Assembly: GCF_009914755.1 (NCBI RefSeq)
Contig: NC_060934.1
Reading direction: 5' to 3' (one strand)
Origin: the human T2T-CHM13v2.0 reference genome, Homo sapiens
Length of the DNA: 64,000 nucleotides
Part shown: in pieces, positions 1 through 15,265 of the stretch
How positions within the stretch are numbered: the stretch's first letter is position 1
How the letters are laid out: every line of letters begins with the position of its first letter
Position numbers and translations under genes: made by a program
The notes under the pieces: generated by a model
The model's input: the letters and a program-made list of their open reading frames with translations, nothing else
What the model was told of the DNA's origin: nothing
Databases searched by the model: none

Positions 1-311
1 TTTGGATAAAATAGTGTCTCTACAAAATTTATACATTGAAGCCCTAAGCCCCAATGATACTGTATTTGGAGACAGCCCCTTTAAAGAGGCAGTTAGGGTT
101 AGATGAGGAAGCAATACCAGGGAGACAGACAGAAAGAAGGCCATGTGAGAAGGCAGCTGTCTGCAAGACAAGGAGAGAGGCTCAGGAGAAATTGACCCTG
201 CTGGCACCTTGATCTGAGACTTCCAGTCTTCAGGACTGTGAAAAAATACATTTCTGTTGTTTAAGTTTCCAAGTCTGATATTTGTTATGGAAGAACTAAC
301 AGACTAACACA
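1..311 (+). mobile_element. MaLR LTR (MLT1A/B-like)
   Basis: Typical MLT1 motifs gtatttggag, ggcaccttgatctgagacttccag, and the end tttgttatgg...gactaacaca. Confidence 0.75.
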
Positions 312-545
312 AGGTGGACACAGCCCAAGTGTCCATGAGCGGATGAATGGATAAACCAAACGTGGTTATGCACATACAATGGAACATTGTTCAGCATTCA
401 AAAGGAAGGAATTCTGACACAGCAACATGCCACAACATGTATAAACTTTGAGGACATTATGCTAAGTGAAATAAACCAATCACAAAAGGATAACTACTGT
501 ATACTCCCACTTGCATAAGATATTTAGAGTAGTAAAATTCATCGA

Positions 546-827
546 AGCTGGAAGCGGTGGCCTAAGCCTGTAAATCCCAGCACTTTGGGAGGCTGAGACA
601 GGCGGATCACTTGAGGCCAGGAGGTTGAGACCAGGCTGGCTAACATGGGGAAACCTCGTCTATACTAAAAATATAAAAATTAGCTGGGCATGGTGGCACA
701 CACCTGTAATTTCAGCTGCTCAGGACACTGAGGCACGATAATTGCTTGAACCCGGGAGTTTGGGGTTGCAGTGAGCTGAGATTGTACCACTGCACTTCAG
801 CCTGGGCAACAGAGCAAGACTCCATCT

Positions 828-830
<3 letters not shown>
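546..830 (+). mobile_element. Alu (old S/J), tail replaced by (TA)n
   Basis: Two-arm Alu sequence; attcatc on both flanks. Confidence 0.9.

Positions 831-860
<30 letters not shown>
831..860. repeat. (TA)n microsatellite
   Basis: About 15 TA units. Confidence 0.95.
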
Positions 861-863
<3 letters not shown>

Positions 864-1069
864 TCATACAGAAAGTAGAATGGTGGTTATCAAGAGCTGG
901 TGCTGGGGGGTGGGACATAGGGAGGAGATGGGAGCTATTGTTTAATGGGTACAGAGTTTTATATTGGGAAGATGAAAAAAGTTCTGGAGATGGATGGTAG
1001 TGATGGTTGCCCAACAGTGTGACTGTACTTAATGTCACTGAACTACACACTTAAAAATGTTTAAATGGT

Positions 1070-1701
<632 letters not shown>

Positions 1702-1914
1702 TTAGATATATTTTAAGAATTTTTAAAAATGAATGAAAGGTAAAGTAAAAAGAAAGGCTAGCATTCTTTCTTTAACTTTACCTTTCATTCTTTTTTTTTT
1801 AATTGTAGAACCAGCTGCCTGTCTCAAATTTGTAAGTGCTCTTGTATATTCTGCAAAGCAGAAGAGGGCATAGCTTTCAGGTTCCCACAGAACGAGAGGG
1901 AATGTCAGCTTTGC

Positions 1915-2085
1915 TACATACCATGTGTCTGACTTTGGCCAAGCATCCTAGTTATTCTGGGCCTTAATGTCCTCTGTATAAAGGGGCAGTGTTAACAACA
2001 ACAATGGTACTTGCTCTAAGGGATGCTCTCAGAATTAAACAAGGGAAATCATGGAAAGCTGGAAAGCACTTTGCAGAGCACCAGC
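1915..2085 (+). mobile_element. MIR fragment
   Basis: tgtgtctgactttggccaagc..tctgggcctt..ctgtataaagggg..aattaaac..aaagcactttgca. Confidence 0.55.
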
Positions 2086-2524
2086 ATGTTGCAAACACAC
2101 AAGGACTGGATTCTGTGTTTAGTATGACTATCTCCAAACCCCAAAGGCTGCCGGATAGAGCTCTGGCCATGTGGCAAGGCTGTACACTACACTGACACTG
2201 AGGCCTTGACTCATCACTTTACCCCCCAGGGTCTTATTTCTGCACCTGCCTAGCAAGGCCCTTAGGCTACATGACTTCTAAGTCCCCTTACAACTTTAAA
2301 GGAGAGAAAAGCAAACAGGCACATGGACTGGAGATGGATGCACAGAATCTGGCATGGAGTGGGTGCTTAGACACTGTGTTTGGAACGGAACCAAATGTCC
2401 AGACAACACAAATAGGTTTCAAAGAATTTCACTGCACAGGAGTTCACATTCAGAGATCCCTGGTCTCCCATAGGAACAGAGGTATAATGCCATGACCCAG
2501 TTATGGCTAGAACTATCCATTGGT

Positions 2525-2861
<337 letters not shown>

Positions 2862-3321
2862 TCACTGTACTCACACTAAGCAAGACTCTGAGTGTCAAAG
2901 GAGATCTAGTTGTGTGGCTGGTTTATTCCTTCTTCAGCTATTAGATAGGACTAAACTTAGAGTAATAGGGAAGAAATTAAGTGGCAAATGGAATAGGAGA
3001 CAAAAGATGAAGGTCTGGAGAAACAAGAAGATCCCCAAGTAGAAGGGAAAACAAACTGTTATAAATGGAGGACAAGAAGGCAAAGAGGAAGAAACTCTGC
3101 AGACCAGCTGTCCTCAGTAATATTCCTTCCCACCCCTCACTGACCCATTACCTGAGGACAGTCTGCCTTTTGGCACCATGGGCCACTTGTAAGTCCTCCT
3201 GAACAGAGAGTGGGGACTTGGACACACTGTGTGGGATGGGGTCCATGAAGAGATACTTGTTCTGAGGATCAAGGAACCCATGACAAGGGGACGGGGAGAT
3301 TTGTCTATGAGTAATCTACAC

Positions 3322-3657
3322 TAGCAGTCCCAACCTTTTTGGCACCAGGGACCGGCTTTGCAGAAGACAATTTTTCCATGGACTGGGGCACGGGGATTGT
3401 TTTGGGATGAAACTGTTCCACCTCAGATCATGAGGCATTAGATCCTCAAAAGGAGCACGCAACATAGATTCCTCGCATGCGCAGTTCACAATAGGGTGCA
3501 TGCTCCTGAGAATCTAATGCCACCACTGATCTGACAGGAGGCGGAGCTCAGGCAGTAAAGCTCGCTGCCCACTGCTCATCTTCTCGGGCCGTGCAGCCCA
3601 GGTCCTAACAGGCTACAGGCCGGTACTGGTCCATGGCTCTGGGGTTGGAGACCCCTG
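3322..3657 (+). mobile_element. MER1B (hAT-Charlie MITE)
   Basis: Ends agcagtcccaacctttttggcacc...ggggttggagacccctg; perfect 8-bp TSD ATCTACAC at 3314-3321 and 3658-3665. Confidence 0.88.
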
Positions 3658-5227
3658 ATCTACACCACTGCCACATACATGTCCTTCCAGTGGATGGGTG
3701 ATCTGTCCTACCAGGTCTGTGCCCTGCAGAGCCACCCCAAGAAGGCTTCAGGACAGCTTGCAGTGAATGTGCAGAGTTCGTGTCCACCTTGCAGGCATGA
3801 TGCCACACATCCAGCTCCACATGGAAAGCCAGGCAGCTTTCCATGCAAGAGCTGCACTAGGCTCTGCAGTATGAGGCTATTAGCAGCCCCTTCCTCGTGG
3901 GGCTTCCAGTCTAGTGGGAGATCACTAATAAGCAAGTAAACAAATCAAAAAATCATGACAGTTATTATTGTCATAGGGCTATGGAGGAAAGAAACAGCAA
4001 GCCCAGGGAGTGAGTGACTAACCACCCATTTCACTTCCATCATGCCCGACTTAGTGACCTTCAATGCAGGAACATGCTTTTCCCTCTACAGAAAGATGAA
4101 GGACCCTTCATTCCAGGTCCTAGTAAACCCCTACAGTCCTAGTGCCACCTCAACCCAGCCCTCTCTGATAGGACTTCCACTCTCCCTGCCTCCCCAAGCC
4201 CGTCACTCAGGGCCAGACTGCTAGTGCTTTTCCTGGTTTATATCCAAAGTCTCCTCAAACGAATGTCTAGAATCTGCAGGAAAATTGAGTAAGGGCTAAC
4301 AGACCCTGTAAAGAACAATGACCACCCCTGCTGCTCCAACTATCCCATCTGGTTAAGAAAGAAGCCAGAGAGAAGTCTGTGAAACGTAGGTGTGGTTTTC
4401 TTTAAAAAGCTAATTTTTCCCATTTACATAATGGAGAATATGCTACTTGTTTTAGAAAATACTCTACTCATTTTCTCTCCTCTACAATTACTCAGGTCCC
4501 ACTTTAGTTGGGTTGAAATAGAGAACACCCACACAGGCTGGATGGTTAAATACTATTTTAAGGTGCCTTTGTCTGCAATTCACCAGTCCCAGAGCAGGCA
4601 CAGCTTACATTTAGTTCGTATGAAAGGCTTTAGTCCTCCTCTCCCATCCTTTTATCTGTCCAAGAATTGCATATGATTCCCTATGATGATATGAAGCAAA
4701 TCAAGTTGGAAATCTGCTCAAAACTGGGGACATGACTGGGTCTCCAAATGTCTCCATTTCTACTTACCACTCTTCTTCCCTGAATTTCAATGTTTCTTGA
4801 ATATATGCCCACCCACATACATACAACACCCTTCCTTTCCATCTGCTGATTCACCTGCTCTCTGCCCCCTCCTCCTCAGACCCTACTCAGCTCTAGTTGT
4901 TTCTCGGCCAAGATCCCATCAAATTATTGAGCCAGTTCTGATTATCTTATCTCAGCAGGGGGCCCCCTAGTGTCTCTTTTAGCATCTTGTTTATTTCCTT
5001 CACAAGGCTCGCCACATTATGTAATTTTGTGTATTGTTTATCAGCTCCATGAGAGCTAGCACCGTACCTCCATTGTTTACTGCTGCATCCTAGCGCAATG
5101 TGTAGAAAAGAGCCAACCAATAAAAAGGCTGCCATTGTATCTGAGTTTTGTCTTTCTGGGTCCTTTAGCCAGTATTTGCAGGGGGGGCAGGGGTCTCTGA
5201 GTATCCAATATTGACCCCTCCTGCTGC

Positions 5228-5345
5228 CCTGGTTTAGAAACCTTAAAGTGCTTAAAAATCACAGGGGAGTTTATAAAAGACGTGCACTCCCAGGACGTGC
5301 CCATTCCAGAGATTCTGGTTCAGTAGGTCTGAGGCAGGGTCTTTC
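5228..5345. mobile_element. MER5-like hAT-Charlie fragment
   Basis: aaaatcacaggggagttt...ccagagattctggttcagtaggtctg. Confidence 0.5.
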
Positions 5346-6057
5346 AACACAAGAAGTCCAAGGGCCCTATTCCCTGGGGCCTTGACACACTATAAATATC
5401 TCAGTTGCCCACTTAGCTCTACTTGCCCCAGGGCCAGAAGCTTTTCTCTGAGCCCCAGCCCTCTGACTCCCTCATTGCCTTTTTATCCTTCGGTTGGTTC
5501 CCTTGAAAGCTGCCCCCACCCCTACCAGGAGGTATAAAGTGTGAAGTGCTCAGAAGCAAGAAGGTATTGCTTCCTGAACTTCTGGATGTTCTTGCCAACA
5601 CAGTGGGACTTCTCCCAATGTCGACCATTACAAGAAAAAGCCAAATTTATCCCTCCCCTAAAGTAAAGACATTGGACTTTTGGCGAATCCCTCTGAGGAC
5701 AGCGTCACTTGTGTCTGAGCATGGTTTGCAGCACAGCACACCTCAGCTCAGCCCGCCCCAGCTTCCCTCTGTTCAGGAGCTCAGCCCTCACTCTCCGCCA
5801 CCTCCCAAAGGAGAAATTCAATGTAGGAGAGCAAGCTATTCACTTTAAGGAGCCTTCTGTTGACAAGAAAATCCAGGTCTTATTTGGATCCTATCAGCAA
5901 TTCTTTTTAAACAAGGACAACCTAGCCACAATATACAATAATAAAACCCACATTTCCTTTAAGCTAAATGACTTCAACCTGGAAAGGGGGAATCCTATAC
6001 TTGATTTCACCTCATTATGATATCCTTGTTATGTTCACTTTATTAAATGAACAATAA

Positions 6058-6401
<344 letters not shown>

Positions 6402-7009
6402 TATAAACTCCCAATTTAAAGTAGAACTCTGAGCTTTTCTAGATAATAAGACTGATTTTTCTGAAAATACAATGTGTCTCACTTACAACTCATGGAATGA
6501 ACTTCAATAGTTTCTCAATGGAGTTACTAGTACTTAAATTATCCAAAAGCACAGGTCTTAAGTTGGATAAGCCCCTAACCAGTCATTTTTCCCAGAACAT
6601 TAATTAAATCCCAAGGGCTGAAGTCCAAAGCTAGTCTGGGTTGTAGCCCATATGGTTGTTTCTTTGTGGCTTTGTTTCCATTTATTTTAGACCTGAAAAA
6701 TATTCACCTTCAAAACTAAACTTAGTAAGATGGTAGCACAGGAGATGGCCCACTGGGCCCTTAATCTGGCTCATTCTGTGTCACAGGGCAAACCACCAAA
6801 TGATGCTGGCTCATAGGCCATCTACTTTTTCTGATAACACTACCTTAACTCCTTCGTTTTCTAAAATTCAATGAATATTTATTAGAAATCAGTAAGTATT
6901 CACTGAAAATTATAAAATCACATGCCATATGAAATAACATATATCTATGCCTTTAAAGATGGCAGGTCACATTGGAAAGCATGGCCATTTCCTCAAATAC
7001 TAATTTTTA

Positions 7010-7894
<885 letters not shown>

Positions 7895-9452
7895 TCAAAT
7901 ACTAATATTTTGTAAGAAAATAAGAAAATTCAGCTCTTGTCTCTCTATAAACTTGAGTTTTATAACCTTCAGAAGGCCAAAAATGTCCTAAAAAAGACAA
8001 TAGGTGCCAAGGCTAGGAAGGCCAGATGTCCCGACTTGATATGTGTCCCTGTAAACCTCTGGGAAGTGAGGACAACAAAGTCCACTCTTGTACTGCAGCT
8101 GTTTCACCTCACCCCTGTACCAGAACCAAAGCTGGATACACATTTGCTTCTCAATAAATCCTGTTGAAAGAAAGAATTACCCTCAGAAGAAAACATTTCA
8201 AAGGTCACAGCTCTCAGGAAAAATTTGGTCTTCAGTTCAGCAGTAATATTTTCTAAAAGTTAGCAGGGGTAGGGGGAACAGAATATATTTATGAAAGCTG
8301 TCAACTTTGTATTTCACCAAGTGAGAGCATGTAAGAAAGAAAACAAACAAATCCCCTCCCCATCATTTCCTCACAAAATGAAAATTTTAAGAACAATTTC
8401 TAAGTGAAAGGTTGTTCATGGACTTTATAAAAAAACTCACTATATTCATTGCTCTTACGTTTATACTTTTGCCAAAAAGCAATAAAAACTACAGCACAGG
8501 CTGGCCCCGGGAGCCACTGAACTGGACACAGTTCCTTCCAGCCTTACATGAGAGAGTAGGAAATTAGTAGTATGAAGAGATATACATGAAAGAATGAGCA
8601 ACAAGAAAAAGGATCAAGATGTCATGCCAGAGAAAACAGGAGGAGCCAATGGGACAAAGGGACAGAGGAGCTGGGGAGATGGGTAGGCTGCCAGGCAAAA
8701 GGCAGCACAGGTGGGTCAACTAGGCAAGTCCTGCCTCAATGCCTCTGCTCAGCCCAACACCTCTGATGCTTCTCCAAGGCAGTTCCCAGACAAGGAAAAA
8801 TAGAGGCAGCTGCTGGCATGGCTTCCACTTTTTCTGCCAACACCACACTAAGGATTCCCCTGAGGGTGAGGCTCACAGACCTGGTTTCCCTGGAAATAAG
8901 AAAGCAGGCTAGATACCTGCATCTGAACAATGGGGCAGAATAAAGCAGGCCTGGAAGCCATTCAGAACTTTTTTGCCATGCAGTTCATTCAGCTGGGAAT
9001 GAGAACTAGTATTCACACCGTGAACATGTTGGCTACGGGATGTCCTCATTGACACTGATAACAAAAGTTGTCTAAAATTAAATGAATCATAGGATACTGC
9101 TCCAGCTGAGGAACAAACCTTGGTAGGGGAGCAAGGTGACTCTACCTCAACTCAGAAAGCCATACCAGAAAAATGCTAAGTGGCATCCTGCAGGGGTCCA
9201 GCAGAGAGGAAAATTACCTTGGAGATCATGCTTCCAGAGACCAACATTATGCAGCATCTAATTACTTATCTTCTGAGAATAGCACTCCTAGATCCTAAGT
9301 GGGAAATATGGCCCAAGTCTAACAAATCAGCTTATTCCAAACACCAACATCACAGGAACTGGTTCAGAAATGGGCACATGCCCCAAGCCAGATAAATCAG
9401 ACTGAAGTATGGGACTTTTTAGAACTGGGAAGGAGAGACTCTTATTTCACTG

Positions 9453-10035
9453 TGTGGTAGGCAGAATCCTAATATACTGATAACATAATCAAACACTAAT
9501 CTAGGTACTTCTATGAAGAGATTTGCAAATGTAATTAAAGCTTTAACTTAGCTGACCAAAGATACAGATTACTTGGCTGAGCCTGGACCAATCGGGGAGG
9601 CCTTTAAAATGCACAGAGTTTCTTCCAGTTGGTAGCAAAAGACAACATTATAGAAATTCAAAGCACAAGAAGGATTTGCCACGCTGTTGCTGGCTCCAAG
9701 ATAAAGGGTGAGGAGGGGGAGTGTGACAGCCTCTAGAAGCTGAGAGCTGCCCTCAGGTGACACCCAGCAAGGAAGCAGGACACACAGTTGCACAACTACA
9801 AGGAACTAAATTCAGGCAATGACCTGAAGAAGCTGGGACGGGGGCTTTTCTCCAGAACCTCCAGATAAGAAACTACCCCAGCCAGTGCCTAGATTTCAAT
9901 TTCATGAAACCCTAAGCAGAAAACCCAGTTGAGTCCACCCACATTTCTGACCTACATAACTGTAAGCTAATAAATAAATGTTTAAAGCCACTAAGCTCTT
10001 GGTAATTTATTACCCATTAATAGAAAACTAATATA
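9453..10035 (+). mobile_element. MLT1E-like MaLR LTR nested in an older MLT1 remnant (about 9200-10285)
   Basis: tgtggtaggcagaat...ttctgacctacataactgtaagctaataaat...gaaaactaatata; cactg on both sides. Confidence 0.7.
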
Positions 10036-11353
10036 CACTGGAATTACTAAATAATTTGTCCCTAAAAAGGGGCTGACCTAAATAAAGATGAAGCCAATAT
10101 AGAAAAAGAAGAACCCAGAGATAGAAATAGATGGCATCTCCAGTGATGAGTTTTCAATCCCTGGACCTAGCCATGCATAGAGCCTATCCTGATCCTAAGT
10201 TTTCTGCTATATGTCAATAACATCCTGTTCTTATTAAAACCAAGTTGAATTGACTTTCAGTCACACCGAAAGAATCACAGATACTTTTTAAAACACCCTC
10301 ACTCAATCCCAAACTAAGGCCTAACCCTATAGACTGGGTTTGCATTTGAATAGAAAAATAGAGCTGCCTATTCTTACAGAAATAATACCATTCAGTCAGC
10401 TCAAGAATGTTAAAGGCCTAGGAAGCCACTTCCTAGACCATTTTCACAAAATTAACACAATTTTGAGGAAGAAACACATCCTGAACAAAACAATAAGTAC
10501 CATCTTGAGGCTTGACATGGTTTGATGCCAAAATACCTATATGATAAACTGTGGATGCAATAAAAACACAATCTAGTCCTTCACATGGAGATACACAGAG
10601 GCATAGACACATGCATACCGACTCAAAGAGGGACACTGCATGTGTGCAAATTGTCCTACTTTTAACAAAATTAACATATTAAAGGATTCTTCATAGATAT
10701 CTTTGACATTGAGGCTAAAGTTTAGTTATTATGACCAGCATAATTGAACAGATAAGAGTTAACAGTAGTATGGGAAGAAAAATTAATTTTTCATATTGAT
10801 TTCAGGTAAATAAATCATCTCTTTTATACCAAGCTAAATAAAAATAGGTATCTCCTTTGTAGAATAAGACTGCAATTATAGATCCAAGGTTAAACTTCTT
10901 AATATTGATATTAGGTCATTATTGAACATCTGTTGCATGCTAGTAATTTATTACATTTGTTTCTTATAAGATAGCCTCTTCCTCTAGATTCTAATGGTAT
11001 TCCTAAGGAATTTATCCTCTTTTGGTAGAACCACAGTCAGAATATAACACAAGTCTGAATCCATGCTCATTGTGAGCATCTTCTCTTCCTCTGGTTCCCC
11101 AGTAACCAATGAGAGTGATGAGGACACACACAAATCTGGAAATCTCCTGGCTATTTTTGATAAAGTCAATACTAAATTTCAAAGCAACAACAGAGGCAGA
11201 ACATACCTTTAGAATGCCCTGTAGGGTCAATTAACAGCAAAAATATTTCTACCTTATTCTATAAACACAAAGAGCACTCAAAATGGAGTCTTCAGAATAG
11301 AGTTACAGTAATATTCTTTCCATTAAAGAGATGCTATTATCCTCTCACTCTAA

Positions 11354-11483
11354 CCCATTTATGCCTAGTGTTCCATTATTGGAACGTGAAGCATGTGGGA
11401 GTTATTTATATCCTACTGCTCAAAGTCATTGCCAAGGTCTGATTGCAAAAATTCAAAACATTGCAACCTTGGGCATAAATGGA
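11354..11483 (+). mobile_element. MER85 (piggyBac/PGBD3-derived MITE)
   Basis: cccatttatgcctagtgttccattattggaacg...ttgcaaccttgggcataaatgg; inverted termini; degenerate TTAA flanks. Confidence 0.9.
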
Positions 11484-13178
11484 CAAAGCACTCATAAAGG
11501 GAGCACAATGCAGTATCAGAGAACTTGTGCTTGCCTTTTTCAGATGTTTTAGGTTCTGCTAGTTACCAGGTGAAATGGCTTAGCCAGTGTGACGGTGTTA
11601 ACATTCCTTATGAAGTAACAATGTGACTGAAATTTCTCCACCTTCAAAAATCATTTCTCTTTCCTACTCTCTACCTCACAGTTAGAAATGGGGAAGCAAG
11701 GTGGGATGAATAGATTATCATCCCCTTTTGACCCTCACTGTTGAGTCTACCAATTTCTTCTCCCCTACAAAAGACAACACCATCCTTTCCTATTCCATGA
11801 CCTGAATATTATAGGACTCAGCGACTTCCATCTGGGTTGGTTTCTTCCTCTCCATCAGTGGCCCCTGACATTCAGTTACTTCAATGTCCAGGCTGACAAT
11901 CATGCTATTGTCTGGCTTCATAATTCCTCAACCCCCTCAGTTCCAGGGTTCCTTCCACTTCACTATGGCTGGCTGCCTCAGCAAGTTGCAATAAACTTCA
12001 AGGATCTCAAACCTTCTAAACACAGTCCCCATCCCCTCTATCTCATTCACTCCCTGCAACTGAACTTATTCTGTCCTCCTAATTTTATTAAGGTTTTAGA
12101 TTTTTCTATGTTCCTACAGTGAGTCATCCCACTTAGACTCCTTACCATGTGGGAAACATACCTGGGGGAGACAGACACCTGTCTCTATGGTTTTACTCTG
12201 GGGACAAAAAAAAAAGTCAGTATATCCACCTAGAAGTATTTCTCCCACTGATGCCTTAAGTCTTAGCTACCTTGAAATCCCCGCCATTGGAGGTATAGAG
12301 TTTACTGGTGTGCAAAAGACTCATGCAACATTTATCCATTTTTGCATTCCAGGATTATTTAGCATCTGCTTCTTTGTGCTCAACACATCTCTCTTGGGTA
12401 AACCCATTAACCCATGAGAAGATTGTTTTATTTTTTTCAGATTTATAAGCTGGCATCTTAGGCCTGGAGAGGATAAACGATAGTGATGGTCAATGCCAGC
12501 ACAAGAGAGTTTCATGGCCAATAAGCCTCAAAGACAAGGGAAATAAGGAATCCATGTAAGGCCACCAAAGCTTCTCCTTCAAGGTCAATTGGCTTGTGGC
12601 TGACCTTACCTATATGGCCTTGAAATTCCAGGTAAGAAGTAAAATGTAAACAAACTCATATTCACTCAACTGACATTGTTTTATCCAAAAGGTAAATGCA
12701 GAATACCTTCAAAGTATCTATCAGATAAGAAAATAAAGTGTTTTTCCTGAGCACAGAGGCCGTGAACAGTTTTTGAGGTGATAACTTCCTTCTGTATGAT
12801 GATGACATAAGAGTTGGGTTGGGTGAGTATAATAAAGAAGAAAAGAAGGCCCATGGTGACCCAGAGCTTCAGTCTGCTCCAGCCATACCACTCCAGATCC
12901 CCAGTTGATCACAATTCTTCACGTACAATAATGTGGCCTGTCTCTCGTGTGAGACTGATAAATAACTATGCTAAGCATATATGTCACTGCTATTGCACTA
13001 CTTACTATTCACTCCCCAAACTAGGCTTCAGATGGTGGGTTGGCCAGGAGGAGGCCTTAACCATGAGTTACTTGGTTTTCCTTATTCCATCCCTGATGGG
13101 AAGCTATGGCTACACTCTGCAAGCACTGGGAAAATGGAAGAAGGGTAGAATCAATGAATGTTAAAATTGAAAGGCCTC

Positions 13179-13586
13179 AATACTATAAGATCTCACTTAT
13201 AAGTGGAATCTAAAAAAGCCAAACTTTTAGTAGAGAGTAAAATAGGGTTACCAGAGGCTGGTGGGGAGGAAGGAGGTGGACAGGGAAAGGGGAGACATTA
13301 GTGAATGGGTATAAAGTTTCAGTTAGAAAGGATAAATCAGTTCTGGTGGTTTATTGCACCACACAGTGACTATAATTAATAATAATATATTGTATATTAG
13401 CTGAAATAGAGGATTTTAAATGTTCTCATCACAAAGAACTGATACATATTCAAAGTGTTGAATATGCAAATTTGCCTGATTTGTTCATTCCATAATATAT
13501 CAAAACATCACATTGTATCCCATAAATATATACAAATGTACAATTATTATTTGTCATTTAAAAATCTAATTAAACTTAAAAAAAAT
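13179..13586 (+). mobile_element. L1MA-like 3' end
   Basis: gatctcacttataagtggaatctaaaaaa...aaaacatcacattgtatcccataaatata...A-rich tail. Confidence 0.8.
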
Positions 13587-14904
13587 CTCTGAAAGGACAC
13601 CTAGAGTTAGCCCAATTCAAAACTTCCTACAGAGTTAGAAATGCGGAAGCAAGGTGGGAAGAAAAGATTATCATCCCCTTTTGACCCTCACTGTTGAGTC
13701 TACCAATTTTTTTCTCAGTAGTTTTAGTTTACAAAGGAAACTAAAAGAAGTTGATGTGGTGCTCTTTCATATATAGTCTGGGAGTTGGAAACAGTAGTTT
13801 GAGGACCCAATATGGCTTTTTTTTTTTCAGGGAAGGAGAGATTTATTCGTTTTCTTTATAAATATGTTATTTTTCTTAATTGGGACTGAAGCAAGGAATG
13901 TGATCTACAAGCATACAGAGAGTAAAAACAATCATTGTTCTTCATTTTATCTTTCAAGTACCTTTCTGATCTATTGAATGCTTATGATTACATGGACTGG
14001 CAGACTGACTAAGACCAAGGATTAAGGTGGATGAGACACTGACAGATCTCAAGTCTAGAATATTTTCCAGTCAGGATTCAAAAGATCCTAACCCCCAAAA
14101 TCTGATGTCTTACCGAGACAGAGTCATACAGCTCAGGTGAATGTCAGTAGGGAGATTTAATCAGTTTTTTTCTGGAAAAAACTCCTATACTCTAGTCCCA
14201 GAGACAACAAAAAATGTGGAATAAAAAATGCAATTCCTATCAAGAGACTCAAAGTCAAAAACTGGGAGCTCTAGGCTGGCAGAAGAAAAATGAGACTGGC
14301 AGGTGTCAAATCTATACTCATGCCAAGTGGAAACAAGAAGTTAGTGAGCTCTTCGGCCCACTAGGAAAGTATGAGAAACACACACAGAGACAACATACAT
14401 GGATACGCTACACCATGTATCACTGTGCCAGGCAGAGAAGACCTCGGGTCAAGTGCCAGCTCTGGAATCAAGCTGAGCCCCATCTGTCAGTCACAGAGCA
14501 AGTGGACAAAGAAGTACAAATAGTAGAAGTGAAATACCAGATGTAAAATTTGGGGAATGTATAAGGTACGTAGGTAGCATCTTGTAATTATTACTACGTA
14601 CAACATATGGAAACATCTGGAAAACACTTTTGGACCATGATTCTCATGAGGCTCAAGAAACTCTTTTTTGGTTTTAGACTCGCAAGTTGGTATGGAAGAG
14701 AGTGCAGTTATGGAACTGGTAGGTTCTTTATAAGGATGTGTGGGGAGGTGGTGAATAAATAAAATAAAGGAACAAAAACCAATGAAGAGAGCTAACATAA
14801 CAAAAAGTTCTACCTTACATGTTTATTTAGAGATGGGAGGCATACTCCTGTAAAAAGTCAGCTGTACAAAGAGGCTAGAAAACAGCTCATAGTAATAAAG
14901 ATAT

Positions 14905-15265
14905 ATATGAAAGATAACAGCAGCTCTGGTCAACAACCAGAAACAAGTATACAATGAGTTACAGCAAGGCAAATGAAAACTATGACTATATACCAAACAT
15001 GAATGACCCTCATGAATATAATATGGAGCAAACGAAGCCAGACACAAAAGAGCATATGTAATCCATGAATAAAACACTAAAAAATACTAGTTATCTTCAT
15101 AGGAGAGTAGCGACTGGAAGGAATTACAAAGAGGCATCTGGGATGCTGGTAATATTTTGTTTCTTGATTTATGTGCTGGTTGCACACTTTGTAAGAATTC
15201 ATTCAGCTGTATACCTATGACCTGTGCACTTTTCTGTATGTATTTTCTATCCCCATTAAAAATAT
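14905..15265 (+). mobile_element. L1ME-like 3' fragment
   Basis: agccagacacaaaagagcata; gggatgctggtaatattttgtttcttgat; attcattcagctgtatac..tgtgcacttttctgtatg. Confidence 0.6.
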
